From Selaginella moellendorffii (Eukaryota; Plantae; Lycopodiophyta): a stretch of 64,000 nt of DNA. The translations under genes and the position numbers were made by a program. The DNA lies in NCBI RefSeq assembly GCF_000143415.4, contig NW_003314306.1, positions 232,029 through 296,028 of the forward strand, given 5' to 3'. The notes below the pieces were generated by a model. That model saw nothing but the letters and a program-made list of their open reading frames with translations. It was not told the origin of the DNA and made no database searches. Shown piece after piece: positions 12,301 through 25,797 of this stretch. Position 1 is the stretch's first letter, and each line of letters starts with the position of its first letter.

Positions 12301-12600
12301 ACTTGGCCAACTCTACCTCCCCTTGTGGGATTCATATACAAATGCCCCAATCTGCAGCTGGGATGTTACGGGGTGGGTCTTGAAGGATATGTTGAATGGC
12401 ATGTTGGACCATACAACCCCTACACCTAATGGCATGGTTTCTGTGCTTTTGATGGAGCAATGTACCAGTAAGTTATACATCTATTAAACTTGTCGCCACC
12501 CAACAACCCCTTGAATGTTCTTAAGTAAAAGCTACCTTGATTTTCTTGCATTGAGACCACCACTACCACCACCACCACCACCACCACCATTCCCATCCTA
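9400..12600 (-). pseudogene. Decayed coding-like region of unknown identity, probably transposon-associated
   Basis: Chain of 60-100 aa minus-strand ORF pieces broken by stops and frameshifts, a poly-Gly-coding tract near 12560, and internal duplications; no family recognised. Confidence 0.3.
9640..9792. repeat. 39-bp tandem repeat, about 4 copies
   Basis: Unit ATCACGGTTGCAGTAGTAGATTCAAGTGTATGATCATCG with variants. Confidence 0.9.
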
Positions 12601-13928
12601 AGTCATCTTCAACAATCAATCCAATCATTCAACTATATTGTCTTTATAACAAGAGAGGAAAAATTGTCCAGCTAGTCAATTCAAATATGTCTAATTGTTC
12701 ATTTAGAACACTTTTCAATAATCATTTCATTTGAAGCATAAAATTTAGAGTTTAAGGTAAGGATAATATGTTTAGCTCACATTTGCTAAAATAGCATTAG
12801 ATTTCATTTGGCTATATTTTACGTGCCATGCTAGTTTTAATGTTTAGATTCTAGATGCTTTAGAACTATTATAATATTTTTCTACACTCCTTAGCCATAT
12901 ACTTGGGACTTCAATCCCTTTATTTAATGGTTCAAGACCTTGAAACTTGGATTCCACTTTGTTACATTTAGCATATATGTGGAAGTGTTAGGTTTTGCTT
13001 CATGGTTAGCTTATAATAATTCACTATAGTATAAAGTCAAAACCTCATGCATTACAAATATGATAGCTTGCTCTTTGTGAACTTGAATAATAAAAATCAA
13101 GTGAATCATATGGAATGGAAGCATTGGTAAGAGAGTATAAGAGTTTAAAGTACTATATTGCCTTGATCCAAACATGAAGATAGTTACTCCCTTAGTGTAA
13201 TGCATAAGTACTCACAAATGTTAGTTTTTTTATATAAGTGACTATAAGTCAGTAATAGGAGGCTTATATCCAATAGAAAGTAAGAACACATACGAGTGGA
13301 AGAAAAGATTTTAAGTGGATCTTTGACTATATCTATAGCTTATTATGGCTCTAGTAATAGGCTCTCTTAGCTAGTTTCTTGCAAGTGCTATAATAATTAT
13401 ACTTTTGAACAAAACATAAATGTACATTTGCCAATATTCCATATAGAGTAAATATATATAACTCAAGTATCTTGAGCACAAAAGTTGCAGCACTACTTAT
13501 AGAAGAAAAAACTATCATAAAGTGTTCTTCCACTTGGTTACCAAAATATTAAGCTATTTTCTATTGATTAACTTTTTGAAAGTCATATCATAATAACTTC
13601 CTTACCTTAAGTCATTCAACATTAATCAGTAAAATGTGCATCTTACTTTTTGGGATACTCTAAACTACTTCAATATATGCCACATCCTTGAAAGAAGGGT
13701 TTTATATGAACCTGATAAGGCTTTATGTTAAACCAACTATAGCACATGTACTTATGAGATGAAATTTAAATATATTATCACTGTGAATTCTTGGAACTTT
13801 AGGGGATATATAGAAATAAAATAACCATTAAAAGTTTTTTATCAAGTAATTGCTCTTTTTCCAATTAGTTTAAAAGGAAACAAATAGGGTGCACTATATG
13901 TAATATTAGAGCAAATAGCATAGATTTA

Positions 13929-14295
13929 ATTCCCATTTATTAATGGCTAATTAAAATATAATATACCCATTGAGCAAAGTATATTTTTATAATTTTAAGG
14001 TATCCACTGTGGATTGCGGTATGAGTTGATTCCCATTGATTAATGGCTACTTAAAATATAATATACCCATTGAGCAAAGTATATTTTTATAATTTTAAGG
14101 TATCCACCGTGGATTGCAGTACAAGTCGATTCCCATTGATTAATAGCTACTTAAAATATAATATACCCTTAAGCAAGGTATATTCTTATATTTCTAAGTT
14201 ATCTATCCACCCTATTGATTAATGGCTACTTAAATATAGTATACCCTTGAGCAATATATATTCCTATATTTCTAAGGTATCCATTGTAGGATTGT
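13929..14295. repeat. 100-bp tandem repeat (about 3.5 copies) within an AT-rich repeat family also seen at 39.5-39.9 kb
   Basis: ATTCCCAT recurs at 13929, 14029 and 14129; the flank 13790-13940 resembles 39480-39630. Confidence 0.8.
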
Positions 14296-15699
14296 AGACT
14301 AATTTACTCATATAAAATAAATAGTCTACATAATGAAAAAATTAGTAGATTGAGTGTAGAAATTCTACACAATGGAAAAATTGATAAATTTAATGTGGAA
14401 ATGGAGGTGTTAGTTCTTCTTGGTTCAATAATTAATAATACATTGACATCTCTAAAGGGGGAGGGGGTTGAATGCACTAACTAGTTTCTTCATATAGGAA
14501 GTGAGTGTGTTAATTAGTTTCTTCATATGGAATAATTAATTTATACAATGGAAATATTGGTAGATTCAATGTAAAAATGGAAGTGTTGAAATTGGTAGAT
14601 TTAGTGTGGAAATAAATGTGTTAGTTCCTTTTGGCTCAATTGTGAGAATATTGATGTAATGCATGTGGTTTTTACCCTTCATCGTATGGTGGTTTACCAT
14701 AGAATAACTATATAATGGAACCTTAACTCTCCACATACCACATGCAATATACCATGTGTCTAAGAGTAGTAGAGAGGAACCTAAGTTTTAAGGCTTTTGG
14801 CCATTAAATAAAGGGACAGAACTAAACTTCTAAGTATAGAACTTAGAAACAAAAGAACCAAAACACAGAACAACTCTTGAGTATATAGCTTAAGGACTAG
14901 CAGAGCAGTAGCGGAAAAAGCCTCTATCAATACAAATTGAAATATTTCTTGTTGTTTATTTGATAGTACTCATGAACAAGGACTTGCCAACAAAATGATC
15001 CAATACACCATAGAATAAAATCCAACCTTATAGCATGCCTAGGAAAAGATTGATTGGATAGGAACCTTCATCAAAGCACTTAACATTTGCTATGGAAGAC
15101 CAACACCACCACAACCAACACTTTCCATCTTTTATATACCATTGCATGTATGAACAAACCCCATTCCACCTACACAATGAGTTTGCTGCAACTTGCTCAC
15201 AGCCAAGGAGCAAATACCCTAGGCTAAGAGCCTGCAATAGAAGTTCTGATCTATACATTCTTGGCTCAATGCCTATGTTGAATGGTGTATGACCCATTGA
15301 TGACTACATTGGAATGGGCATATAGTGCATGGGTGAAAATTTATCTAACAATAAAGTATATTCTAAAATATTCTTTAATATGAGAAAATTCACTAATGGA
15401 TATTCGATTTGTACCTATGGGGCACTAACATGTGGGCCCATGAAAACCTATGCATGGTTTTTTACAGATTGCACTATATATGATAGTGTAGGAGGTTAGT
15501 TACTTGTTTTTAATATCCATATCCCCAAAACTTTGACTGCTTTTATGGAATTTAGCGGGGTTGATTTTTGGATGTGGTGGATGTAGCATACTTTTTTTTT
15601 TTTTTTTTTCTTTAAACCAATTGAACAATGGGGCAATTCCTTAATGAGATAGGCATTTATATTGTATTTTGTTGAATTGAGTTAGCACTTGATACTTAC

Positions 15700-18600
15700 A
15701 TAAACTTTTGTAATAGTGACATAAGCATTACTTGTAGTACTACTCAATTGATGATCAAATGATTGTGATTTTTATCATATCTAGTGTGATTGTAAATAAT
15801 ATATTTACAAAGTTGCTTAGTTAAAGAATGTTCAACCTTGAAGTGGTTAATGGAGAAAATAATCTACTTGCAAGAAGTAGCATTGTATTAAATTTGGCTA
15901 AGTTCCCAATAGTGATTCATTTTATGCTAAGTTGGTACTTTAGCTTCTAAAGTTTACTCATAAAGGTTTTAAAAAGGGTATAACATTCACTTGCTATAAT
16001 TTATTAATTTATTTGTTAGCACTTAGAGTAAATTGTTAGATTAAAACAATATGTAGTTGAGGCATTAACATTACTAACACTTGTGTTAATGGAAGTGACA
16101 TTATTATATCGAGTGAAGAGGAGTCTTTTTTAGAGCTTGATTTTTATGTAATTTTTCTTATTAGTGTTTTTGCTTTACATTTGATTTTGAAGGTGATTGA
16201 AGAAGAATATTAATGCAATATAGATATTTGAAAATATGGTCTTTGTGATTAAGTTTTGGGTATTTATTTGCATTTTGTAGATGTTAGTGTTGGATTTGGA
16301 TATATGAGTATGATATTCAATACTTAAGCATATTGTTTATATTGAGGTGAACCTATATGAAGTTGTAGGTGGGAGAAAGTAAGTTAAGTCTTAAGAGTTT
16401 ACATTCTTAGACAAAGAGTCATTTTTTCTCTATGATGATAAATTTTCCATAAATTTTCTTAAACTTTTTTAATGCTGATCTATTGATCATTTTACTTAAA
16501 AACCATTTCATTTTCATAAGTCATTGCAAGCTAGTGAAAGAGTTAAAGTTGATTTTGGTTAATTTAGACTTTAGTAGGTAGTTTATATAATAAGGCCAAA
16601 AGGGATGCTAACTTTTGAATTGAATAAAGTTTAGAGTTGGTGTAAAAAAGTGGTTATTGCATTTTTTTTAAAAAGTGATTCTTGTACCTTTCTTTTATAC
16701 ATTATATTTGGTGGTAGGTTGCACCTTACATTTCATTAGACTTTATGAGAGTAATGATGTTTTATTGATCTTGACTTGGTGGCCTCATGTTTTAGTTAAA
16801 GATAGTGATGTCCAACTTAGTTGTTTATAGTTGAGATGTTAGTACCTGTACTATAGTTTTATTTATTAGGAAGTTATATACCATATAAGTCCATTTTATA
16901 GTCTTCATTTTAGTTTCGACTAAGTATTGATCATGTATAGTTAGCCTCTTCAGTTATACTCAAAGTTGTTGGGCAAAACATATTAGTGAGCTTATCACAG
17001 TTAAATTAGATTCAAGTAGTCATTTTATCTGTACTTGTCAAGTTTTTATATGTTATACATGGTGTGTTACTTTCTTGTTGGACTAATATATCACTTAATG
17101 ACATGAGTTTTGTTTTGTGTATGGATCTTATAAAAGTGAGTTAAATAGTGATTATTAGTTGCTTTGCGACTAGTGATTACTTATATGCTTTGTTGAGGAC
17201 TATTAACATTTTTTTAGCTTAATGATGATTTAGCAGTGATGGGTTTGATTATTGGATGGTATCATAGAGGATCATATCATTGGCTTTACATTATTTTTCC
17301 ATGTTAACATTTTAATTTTATCTTCATTGATATTTTCTGATTATATATAATTTGTAGAGTTAGATTTCATTAAGTTTTAGACGTGGTGATTCACTCATTG
17401 ATGAAGTGTTGTTTGTAGTTGAGTATTATTAAAGGTTTGATCTTGGATATTGAATAAATTATCTTTAACCTTAACTAGCTTGGTTGCTAAAAAATTTTAA
17501 GTGGTGATTCATTTTTACTTTCTTTTAGTTTTGTTTTAGTGTTGATGACATTGAAGTGATGCACTACCATTAATATTATTAAAGTTGAGATTGGAGTGAG
17601 ATGAGATGTCTTTTCATAAGATTGATATTCAGTTTCATTAATCTTGATATAAATAATATTGATGATTTTGGCTCTAGATTTGTGTGCATTTCTAAAGATC
17701 TTTTAGTGATAAATTGTTGAATATAGTTTTGTTGTGCTTAACTTTTGAATTGATACAGACATATTTTTTCATTAACTTTAGCATTATGAAGTTTGGCTTC
17801 TAAATATGTTAAGGAGGATATTATGGGTTGTACTTTGATTTCTTTTTTAATATTGTAGTTCATATGAAACTTGCGATCATTATTAGGCAAGACTTGGTTA
17901 TAGATTTTTTCAAGCTTTTAATTCTTTGAGTTTCATACTTATTGTTCCATTTGTTATTAATTGCTCATTAACTTTGATGTTGAAGTTAGTATTTGCATCT
18001 AGTAATCATTGGTGGTGATTCATTGCCCTCTAGATCAATTAATTATCTTTATCAAAGGTTTTGCTAAATTATTATTAGTGTTAAATGATTTGCCATTCTT
18101 CAGAGTAATAAATTATTTTTTGATGATGATTATGCATTTCTATATTGATGGGATGATTGATGATCTTCATGATGGTTAATTATTATCTTAATGAATTTTG
18201 GCTTTCCGCACTATCACATATTCTTTGTAATTTGCTCTTAATTGATCTCGGTAAAATATTACTAACATTTGTTTGAGCAACTTAAATTCTTTAGTATTAT
18301 TATCAGGATCTATTCAAATTCGCTAATACAATAATCAGAGTGAACTAGTGTTTGTTGGCTCTTGCAGCATTTATTCTATTATGTTGATTATTATTACAAT
18401 TGGGTTTGATAGATTGGATGTTATTTCCTTTAGGTGATACATATATAAGTATTTTGCTTGCTAATAGATAGTACTTTGTGTTTTTGAGTTGTTTTTTGTA
18501 AATTGTTTAGCATATTATCTATAATATTTGATAATTAAATTTTATCATTGAGTTTTCTTGATGATTTACTTGTCATTAAATTTAATTGGTTGGTTAATCC

Positions 18601-19500
18601 TATGTCTTTAACCTTTAATGATCTTGATGGTTTTTATAATACTTGTTTATTGGATGATAACTACATTGGAACACTTTTATGTTCTAATATATGATTTATT
18701 TACTAATAATTTGGTCTTTAAGATATCATTGTTTTTTATTTTAATATTTTCCATCTTTTGATTTTTGGGTTTAAGTACTGATGAGTTTGGTTTGTTTGCT
18801 CAAGAGGGTTGGGGCCTTTAGCTTCTCTTTCTATATTACTTGTAGACAAGGGCATATCATCTTTTATAAACTAAGTGACATTTAGAGTAACAAAGGTGGT
18901 TGACTCTGTTAATCATTTCTTTGTTAGTGACGGTTGGAAGGTGTCTAAATTGTAGCACATTTACGTTAAATAGAGAAGTTTCCTCCTAACTCATTTAAGT
19001 TGGTGCATTTTCACAAAGTGTGAACAATTGTGAACTTTTCCTAAAGTTATTTCCTTGGCAGTAGTCTAGACTAGAATATGTATTAACATGGATATTAATC
19101 TTCCTTTGGGGGGGGGAGAGTGTTACAAATGTGATTGTGGGTATCAAAAGTTACATATTAGTGAGTCTTAGATATCAACTTCCATTTGAGTTAGTTAAGA
19201 AATTAGTTATTATATATGTACTTATGCCAGATATATATAAAGTAAGAACTCCTATGTATTTCTTGTTGAGCATTCTTAGCTCGGTATGAGAAATTTATAT
19301 GTTAGCTTGCACTTACTAGTGTTGAGAACCCCTATGATATTGAGTTTGGTCTTTCAATATTTGCTAGGTGATAGCTTACCATGTTCACCAAGACACTCTC
19401 ACTATTATTTCCCCATATATTGGTTTTATTTAGTTTTACTAGCTATTTATGGAAAGTGCTTAAATCTATCAATTAGGCATATGTGCAAATGTAAAGTTTA
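15700..19500 (+). mobile_element. Old, heavily decayed LTR retrotransposon remnant
   Basis: Polypurine tract GGGGGGGGGAGAG at 19108-19120 followed directly by TGTTACA (LTR-like start); the internal region is very AT-rich, CpG-poor and lacks ORFs; boundaries are approximate. Confidence 0.5.
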
Positions 19501-21147
19501 TCTTGAACACAATAATGATAATAGTCGGCAGCATGCTGGAGTTAACTCACAGCAGCAGCAGCGTGAATGGGACTACAGTTGTGAGCCCGGCCGTGAGCGC
19601 TGGGATCGGTGCTTGGGAATGGGATAACCAGGAAAGAGGACCATTGTCAAGAACACTAACAGGGACTTTCGACGTGTTTTTCTTCTCTAAGTTGCTCCAT
19701 TTTTATCCCTTTAGAGTTTGATCACAACATGATCAAGAGGAAGTTGATGAAGGCAATTGTGTGGAGGAAGATGAGACATTGCTTTTGAGAGAGAAATCAT
19801 TATGCTGCTCATACAATAGAACAATGTAAGCAANNNNNNNNNNNNNNNNNNNNNNNNNNNNNNNNNNNNNNNNNNNNNNNNNNNNNNNNNNNNNNNNNNN
19901 NNNNNNNNNNNNNNNNNNNNNNNNNNNNNNNNNNNNNNNNNNNNNNNNNNNNNNNNNNNNNNNNNNNNNNNNNNNNNNNNNNNNNNNNNNNNNNNNNNNN
20001 NNNNNNNNNNNNNNNNNNNNNNNNNNNNNNNNNNNNNNNNNNNNNNNNNNNNNNNNNNNNNNNNNNNNNNNNNNNNNNNNNNNNNNNNNNNNNNNNNNNN
20101 NNNNNNNNNNNNNNNNNNNNNNNNNNNNNNNNNNNNNNNNNNNNNNNNNNNNNNNNNNNNNNNNNNNNNNNNNNNNNNNNNNNNNNNNNNNNNNNNNNNN
20201 NNNNNNNNNNNNNNNNNNNNNNNNNNNNNNNNNNNNNNNNNNNNNNNNNNNNNNNNNNNNNNNNNNNACCAGGTCCTGCATTGTCCAGGCACCAGAAACA
20301 CCATGGTGGAATTTATCTTCTAATATAATACTGGGATCTTGCTAAATGACACTTTTGAGGTCTTGGCAATCACCATCATGTTGTGGATCCTCAGGACCTT
20401 CTTCAGGATATAGAGCTGGCACAGGAAGGATGGATTGTTAAGCACTCAATCGTGCACTATTGGGCTTAACTTGTCACAATCCACAAGCTGCCACAATGCT
20501 TGCAATCTTATTGCATGGTTCTTAGACTGCTGTGAGTTCTCCTCCCAGCCTGAGGCTGCTCTGATCACTAGTGTATAATGCTCTGAGCTTGCCCACAGCG
20601 AGCACACCAATTCCAAGTTGTGTCATGGATTAGTCATTGATGCTCATGTGAATAGGCATCAGAAATTTATCCAATAAACATTTGCCACGTGGACCTGAAA
20701 ATTTATGCATGTTTTTACACCATAGGTTTAAGCTCATTTGCAACAAAGAGATTAAAAAAGTGCAATATATATAGATATGTGTGCAAGAATGGATGTTTAG
20801 TGGCTTTGCTAAACTCATGAAATTTATTGTTTGAAAGGTATCTGAAAAGATTCCCGCAAAACAGAATATTTTCTCTTGAAAAAGAATATTTGTGCATGAA
20901 TATTAGGAATATATTAGGTATATCCAGGCTGTCAAAACGCGGCTAGATCGCGGCTGTGCACATGCAAACTTTTCATATTTTTCTTGTTACTATAAAAAGT
21001 TGATGTAGCAAACCAAAAGAGAAATCAAAAGTCTGTTTCAACAAAAATAAAAGAGAAATCAATACCAAATGTGTGTGTTTATATATATATATATATATAT
21101 ATAAAATACTATTGATAAATTCTAGTTTCAATTTTCTTGGATTATCA

Positions 21148-21654
21148 ATGACAAAGCTCTTTAGTTTCGTGATCTTTCTCTTGGCAATGGCTCTCACTTG
21201 TAGTGCAGCTCAGCAGGGTTTGTTTAGGTTTTTGCTCGACTACAACTTGCTCAGTGTAGCGCAGGTGAGAGAACTCATGGTCGAAGTGCTCAATCGTGTC
21301 CGGAACCACCGCAACAACCTGGCGATAGTGGGCGAGCCAATCACGTGGGTTGCTACGCTTGCGGAAGACGTGCGGGTGTGGGTGCAAGTCCGAGTGATGG
21401 ACGAATTTTGGCATGAAGATCGGGATGGAATATGCTCCACCCCATCAAACCGCCTCACGTACCCGTTTAGAGACTTACTGAACAGTGTTTTAGAAATGAC
21501 TGAGTCAGTCAGGGAGCAGCTCATTGATCGGGAATTCTGGTACGGCTATGTGGAAGTTGTGTTCCAGGTGTTCGGGATAGTATATCGCATCGAAAGGGAC
21601 AGGAGCCCTAGAACTTCAAATACTGAGCTCTTTAGACAATGCCCTATACATTGA
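21148..21654 (+). CDS. Orphan small secreted protein, 168 aa, intronless
   Basis: Intact ORF with a hydrophobic signal peptide MTKLFSFVIFLLAMALTCSA, CpG retained in an otherwise AT-rich setting, and a paralog at 8651-8884. Confidence 0.7.
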   Translation: MTKLFSFVIFLLAMALTCSAAQQGLFRFLLDYNLLSVAQVRELMVEVLNRVRNHRNNLAIVGEPITWVATLAEDVRVWVQVRVMDEFWHEDRDGICSTPSNRLTYPFRDLLNSVLEMTESVREQLIDREFWYGYVEVVFQVFGIVYRIERDRSPRTSNTELFRQCPIH

Positions 21655-21769
21655 CTTTGTATTGTTAAATAGAATAGATTATAAATGTTCTATAATGTCT
21701 ATTATCCAGCCATGAAAAATGCTTTATACTCTGGTATAACATCCAAAACATTCCCCCGAGACAAAATAT

Positions 21770-21812
21770 CAAGTGGGATTCGAACCCATGCCCTTGTGGA
21801 CCGACCCTGTTG
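21770..21812 (-). other. tRNA-Leu-like 3' half (tRNA pseudogene or SINE fragment)
   Basis: Minus strand GGTCCACAAGGGCATGGGTTCGAATCCCAC resembles a Leu variable arm plus T-arm/B box; no 5' half found. Confidence 0.35.
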
Positions 21813-22094
21813 AAGCTGATCTTGGTAGGCCCATGATTGAAGATGTGATCCCCTCCCCTTTCACTGCCAAGCAATTGTCGCAGATCCACCAGATGGAACT
21901 TGTGGCTAGAGCGTGAGGCGTTGGCCAAGCTCCAGACCAAGGATCCGTTGTTTTTCTTTCCTCTGTCAAGGCAAGGTCCTGTGTTTTTTTCACCATTTTT
22001 TTTTCATTTTTTTCTACAAGTCAAGCAGAAACGATGCATGGTTATGTAGAAGAAAACCTTCTTTTCTTTGGAAGTTCTAAAACTCTGGTTTTGC

Positions 22095-22468
22095 AGCCCC
22101 AAGATGCCTATGGGTGAGCTAAACCAAGGGAATCCAGTGCTGCACTAGACGTTTCCACAACATCCATCGAGCTTTGTTCTTAGATCCCTTTTTCTTTGGG
22201 CGTTCACAAACCATTGACGCTTAAAACAAGTGGATGGGAGAAGGCTCACATTTTGCAGTAACATCTAGTGACAACTTTGAGATGTGGGGTGCAAATGCTT
22301 GACGAGTGCATGGAAGGCGTGTTGCGACTCACGAAATCTGACTTCCGGAAGCCGCTCAACATTGGAAGTGATGAGATGGTGAGCGATGGCGGACAAGATC
22401 CTGGGCTTTGAGACGAAGAAACTTCCAATCCACTACATCCCCGGGGCCGGAGGGAGTTCACGGAAAAC
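22095..22468 (+). pseudogene. GME: GDP-mannose 3,5-epimerase gene fragment, frameshifted and deleted
   Basis: Pieces in GME order: QPQDAYG, RFHNI, NFEMWG, DECMEGVLRLTKSDFRKPLNIGSDEMVS, KKLPIHYIPGPEGV. Confidence 0.85.
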
Positions 22469-22574
22469 ATGACTTCTTACTGAATTAGCGTTCCAAAAGT
22501 TGACTAATATTTGACCGCTGACTAAAAGTTTAGTCCATGTATATTAAAACTCCATAAGAGCCACACACTGCTCG

Positions 22575-24573
22575 CTAGGGCGGGACGTGCTCTGCGTGGA
22601 TAATCGAGCATGCCGCATCTTGGGGTGCTATCGTGCGACCGTTTACGCGCAGCTGCTGAGAGTGATCGATCCTCACGGTTTTAAACGAGTAAACCTTTGC
22701 ATTAACAAGAGTTATAATCTTGAAAAGAAGAAAGGAAAAAGCATCACCTTGTTCCCCCGTTGAGCACGTACGCTGTGAAGCAATGGTTCCAGCAAACTCA
22801 AAGAGTTGCCCTCTTTCATCTGTACACCTGAGCATGAGTGTAACTGAGGATTGAATAGCTTTGCGTACCATGCCCTCCCGAATCGCGTACACCGAAACCA
22901 CGAAACACGTTCCCTCTGAATCGGCAGCCAGGTAAAAGCTGCAGCAGAGAAAGAGAGATCAGCAGCGCTGGAACTACGACGCCGGTAGCTTACAGAGGCA
23001 CAGACTTATCGTGCGAGATGACTGACAAAACTTTGCAGTAGACGACGCTCCCTTTGTTAAATCCTTCTTGAAGTAACGTTATAGGCACTCGTTTGAACGA
23101 GAACTGCCCTGTGTAAAAACAGAGTCCACATCAGTAAAACAAATTGTTTCTTGCATACGAACCACTTTCAGTGGCCAAGGAAGAAATCAGTAATGAAAGC
23201 TTCTTCGGTTTGATCCAACCCTGAAAAACATCTCCACAACTTCAGGAAACCACAGCTGATAACTCAGCAAGGAAATACCTTATTTGCAACAGCATCTTCC
23301 AGCTTAGACAAAAGCTTGACAATTTTATCAATTTCGTCCTTCGCAGGGAGCCCAGGGTCCCGAGTACTAGCTGCGTCGTATGCTCTCAGCGCTCTCTCAT
23401 AATCTTCTAGGTACTGATGCACCTGTAAACCAAAACGAACAAAATAAGACTTTGCAAAAAAGCATTGCAACTTACTATTGCGCTGTTGAAATACAGATCA
23501 GGATTACCATTAGCCAGCACGTCTTTCTCCTGTAGATAATGGAACCGTCAGAAGAAAACTGGCACCACACAAAAGCGAGTAAACGCAACCGCATTTTGAT
23601 AGGCCTTGAGAGATTGGTGGAGCTTTTGTCGGTCCCATGCTCCGGTCACAAAAAAGCTCGTCAAAAAGGCGTTCCCTAGCGTGTCTGTTGCAAACATGCT
23701 TCAAAACACTTCCACATAAAAAGAACGATAAAGAAACCTTCTTACACCAGGAGTGTCCATCTTTGACATCCAAACACACTGCTTCCTTGGCGTGCTTGAT
23801 GCTTTCTTCAACCATCTCGGATTCGTTTGGGGTTCCTATTAAGCAAGAAAGTCACAAGCCGGTAAACAAAACAAAACGGGCTTAACCTTTTCCAAGTCGC
23901 CGCTCCAGCATAGACAGTTGCTGTAAGATCTTCTTATTTGGTCCCTGCAAACTTATGTCAGCGAAAACGAAGAAAAAAAACCAAAGAAGAAGAAAAAGAA
24001 GAAACCTTTTGAAGTCCCAGGCTGAAACAGTTCTTTGCTGAAGAAAAGTCTCCCTTCTTCCAGAAGCAATTCCCCAGGCAGGACCAAGCATCCACAATAG
24101 AAGGATCCAGCTTCACCTGCCTCAGGTTCAACAAGAGTGGTACTTAAGAACATCCTTTGCTGCAAAGGAATAAGGTAAGATCAGGGAATGCAGCATTATA
24201 TCGCGGTCTTTTACGTGCTCTCTCGTCAATCCAGCCATGAAAAATGCGAGGGTCTAGGCGAGCATACCGCTTTGGAGAGGTGATCTTCGGCCTCTTTGCA
24301 ATACTCCGGCATAACATCCAAAACTTTCCCCTTGAAATACTCCCAGAGCGCACGGCGAGGGGGCAGCTTCTTGCATTCTAAGCGAAAAACGTAAGAGAAA
24401 GCCACATTTCCGAGATTCTCACCTAGAGAGATGCCATCGAGGGCCGCGATCAGCTCCTTTGCGGATCGCTCCAGGCGATCCCTCTTCTCGGCGGCGTCGA
24501 GAGGAAAGAATGTGTCCCGCACCTTGTAGAGGCTCTCGATCGCCGGCTGCAGCGCCTCGAGTGACGACGCCAT
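22575..24573 (-). CDS. TTC5: Tetratricopeptide repeat protein 5 (TTC5/STRAP) homolog, multi-exon
   Basis: LYKVRDTFFP, KGKVLDVMPEYCKEAEDHLSKA, W.CLGNCFWKKGD, KHAKEAVCLDVKDGHSW, NPDLYFN, YLEDYERAL and a C-terminal OB-fold segment. Confidence 0.9.
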
Positions 24574-25797
24574 CGCCGCGCTGCTTCCGCACTGCCCTAG
24601 AATCCCACTTCGTAATAAGTAATTCCCAGGATATGCGTTTTAAGCTTCGTCCACGTGGGCGGCTGGGATGCGCGCCACTTGGCAGACATCCATTGAGAGC
24701 ATAGCTGGCAAGTGTGATTCAAGGAATTTTCCTCATATTATTTAAATATTTTTCGTGACTTGCATCATACGCATTAATCCACAATTTAAAAAAAGTTACA
24801 AAAAATAAAAGTATAAAATATATACAAGAGAATTGAAGAGAAACTCCCAAAGAGAAGCTTCAATTCAAAAGTCGCAACAGATCCTTCGATCGCTACACAC
24901 AATTCCTTCTGCTTCGAAAATGCCGTGAAGAACTTGCCATCGAACAAGAACACACACGCAATTTAAACGCGTCATTCAGTCAGAAAGGTGGCAGTGGAAC
25001 TTTTACTTTTCAGGTGTTGAGACATCCAAGTCAATGGATCTGATGACCATCACAAACAATAATCACCATCTAAACTTCACTTCAACCACAAACTCTTAGT
25101 TGAGCATAGAAAGTTTTAAACATCAGCGCAGCCCACTGTTGCAAAGCCGGCACTTAAAACAATGCCCAAAACTCGAACAAGAGAACTCTCCTCAGCCGGC
25201 CGAGCAGCCTCTATGTCGGCCTCAATTCACGACACCAATGTGGCTTTCCACGTAGCTCTCCTTCCCTTTCACCTTTCCAAGAGCCAAAAGATCTCGAAGA
25301 TCACAAAGGAAAGAAAGGAAACATGTTTAGCGCGAGGGCAAAGTGATTTGCCGCATCTGGACTGTTGTTGGCTATAGGAGATCATCCAGGAACCCTGAAA
25401 AGCAAGAAGTTGGTGTGTAGCATAGTAGCAAAAGTGTTGGGATAAGAGAGAGAGAGAGAGAGCTAGGTTAGAGAGAAAGATTGCTATAGTTTACGAAGTC
25501 GTCTTAGTGTTTGACCACTGTTCCTGGGGAGAAAGAATAGAATTTCTCGCGACTTTTAAAAGCCAGCGCCATTCCACTTCCCTTACTCAGGTCATTTTAG
25601 TCACACGCTCACGGTTTTCTCTCATGCACGTCGCCCTCGCTGCGCTATCTTTTCCAAGTCCTCGCGTCTTCCTTGAATTCCCGGAGGAAGATCTGCCCCC
25701 CCCGCGATCGAATTCCTGGGAAGATCTTCTGCTTTTTGTTTTTGTAGCGGAATCTCGAAGTTTTTCTTCCTTGGCGGCCTTCTTTTTCCTCTTCCGG

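Noticed and set aside
21770-21812. Functional tRNA-Leu gene
   Set aside because: Only the variable arm and T-arm are recognisable; no D-arm or acceptor stem pairing was found.
25507-25797. N-terminal extension of the dioxygenase ORF
   Set aside because: It starts at a non-ATG codon and is CT-rich like a 5' UTR; ATG 25798 is the more plausible start.
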